Positions 62,663 to 64,000 of a DNA stretch of 64,000 nt are shown one piece after another. Origin of the DNA: Halarcobacter sp. (lineage in GTDB: Bacteria > Campylobacterota > Campylobacteria > Campylobacterales > Arcobacteraceae); assembly GCA_048571215.1 (NCBI GenBank), contig CP182352.1:1056001-1120000 (forward strand), read 5' to 3'. The position numbers were made by a program, and so were the translations under genes. The stretch's first letter is position 1, and each line of letters begins with the position of its first letter. The notes beneath the pieces are model-generated. The model did no database searches and was not told the DNA's origin. It saw only the letters and a program-made list of their open reading frames with translations.

Positions 62663-64000
62663 TTGGACGAAATTTCACAAAATGAAGAGTATAGAGAGCA
62701 ACAACCGTTGTTATACTCTTTAAAGTATATTTTAGATTTTTATTTTGGAGAGATATCAATTGATACTATTTTAAATCTCTCTGCAACTTCAGTTAAGGGT
62801 TTTACATCTGAAATAGCAATAGATGTTACAAATGAAGTGGGACTAAATGCTGTAGAAAAAACTATCAATGCTCTTGATATCCCCACACACTTTTACCCTT
62901 GTATTATTTTTGATAAAAATGATGCCCCTTTTGTACTTATAAAAAAAGATAATAAAGTATTAATCTATGACCCTATCAAAAATGAAAAAATAGAAGAAAA
63001 TGTAAGTTTTTTAAAACATTTCAAAAAAGCAATTTTGATATTTAGGGACCCAAATAAAGAGAAACTTTTGGAACAAACTAGAACAAGAGATTGGTTTTGG
63101 ACTCCTGTTAAAGCCTTTTGGCGTTCATATATTGAAATTGGTCTTTTAACTTTTTTTATCAATATTTTTGCCCTTGCAGTTCCCCTTTTTACAATGAGTG
63201 TATATGATAGGGTAGTTCCAAATAATGCAACAGAAACCCTATTTGTATTGGCTTCAGGGGTTATTATTATTTTGATATTTGATGTTTATTTTAAAAGTGT
63301 AAGAAATCATATTATAGAAAATGTTGGTAAAAAGCTTGGGGTTTATTTAGAAGAAGAGCTTATGAAACGAATGCTTTGTATCAAGTCAGAGTTCGATAAT
63401 ATGTTGGTTGGTTCAAAGGCAAATCTATTTAGAGAATTAAATCAAATAAAAGAGTTTTTTGCTACAAGATCTGTTTTACAAGTAATTGATTTACCTTTTT
63501 TCTTTATAGCTATTTTTGTTATTTTTCTTATATCTCCAGCAGTTGCTGCTGTACCTTTTGGGATTGCTATTTTTATTATTATTTTTAATATTATTATGCA
63601 AGTACCCATCTCAAATCTAAGTAAAAAAAATGTTGAAAATATTCAATCAAAAAATAGTTATTTGGTTGAAACAATCCAAGGAAGTGAAAGTATAAAGTTA
63701 TCAAATGCAGCTTCAACTAAACTATTCAATTGGAGAAACTTAATTGCAAGCACAGATGCTGTAAGTAGAAAGATTCAATCATTAAATGTATTTTCAATGA
63801 ATCTATCACAAACTGTTGTTCAATTTGTAACTATGGCAGTTATAGTTGTAGGTGTATTTGAAATAGCAAATAAAAACTTAACTGTTGGTGGTCTTATTGC
63901 TGTTACCATCCTTTCTAGTCGTGCTATGGTGCCAGTTATACAAACCTCAATGATGGTTATTCGTTTCAAAGAGATAAAGGAGTCATTAAACAATATAAAT
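62663..64000 (+). CDS. Type I secretion system permease/ATPase (LapB/HlyB-like); runs off the window and is absent from the ORF track
   Basis: TTG start, MDEISQNEEY...; C39-like N-terminal region; DWFW, INIFALAVPLFTMSVYDRVVPNNATETL, IDLPFF, LTVGGLIAVTIL. Confidence 0.93.
   Translation, partial: MDEISQNEEYREQQPLLYSLKYILDFYFGEISIDTILNLSATSVKGFTSEIAIDVTNEVGLNAVEKTINALDIPTHFYPCIIFDKNDAPFVLIKKDNKVLIYDPIKNEKIEENVSFLKHFKKAILIFRDPNKEKLLEQTRTRDWFWTPVKAFWRSYIEIGLLTFFINIFALAVPLFTMSVYDRVVPNNATETLFVLASGVIIILIFDVYFKSVRNHIIENVGKKLGVYLEEELMKRMLCIKSEFDNMLVGSKANLFRELNQIKEFFATRSVLQVIDLPFFFIAIFVIFLISPAVAAVPFGIAIFIIIFNIIMQVPISNLSKKNVENIQSKNSYLVETIQGSESIKLSNAASTKLFNWRNLIASTDAVSRKIQSLNVFSMNLSQTVVQFVTMAVIVVGVFEIANKNLTVGGLIAVTILSSRAMVPVIQTSMMVIRFKEIKESLNNIN

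Overview
AT-rich chromosomal window; gene content and style suggest Campylobacterota, probably Arcobacteraceae (inference). 1-9.2 kb is housekeeping: OmpR-type two-component system, c-type cytochromes, a short flagellin-like gene, dinB, YeeE, metX, xseB. 9.2-17.5 kb is a defence-like island: radC, a type I R-M system (hsdMSR), an intact DUF3800 nuclease-like gene, and three internally deleted remnants (PemK/MazF-like, Fic toxin with intact VbhA-type antitoxin, RhuM). The PemK-like remnant and the DUF3800 gene are each followed by a convergent, separately promoted, structured small RNA candidate; I consider this the best candidate for an undescribed RNA-controlled nuclease/toxin system. A third ~200-nt structured element lies before hsdM. 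17.5-24.7 kb holds a ThiF-family gene, a Crp regulator, TauE, carB, a TsaC-like gene and an ATPase-wHTH gene. 24.9-60.0 kb is one ~35.1 kb RTX/Ca-binding adhesin gene (~11,700 aa if joined), split by a single extra base in a T4G7 run and preceded by twin palindromic operators. It is followed by an FkbM methyltransferase, a TPR-glycosyltransferase and the start of a type I secretion ABC transporter. All family calls come from recognising motifs by eye; no searches were run.
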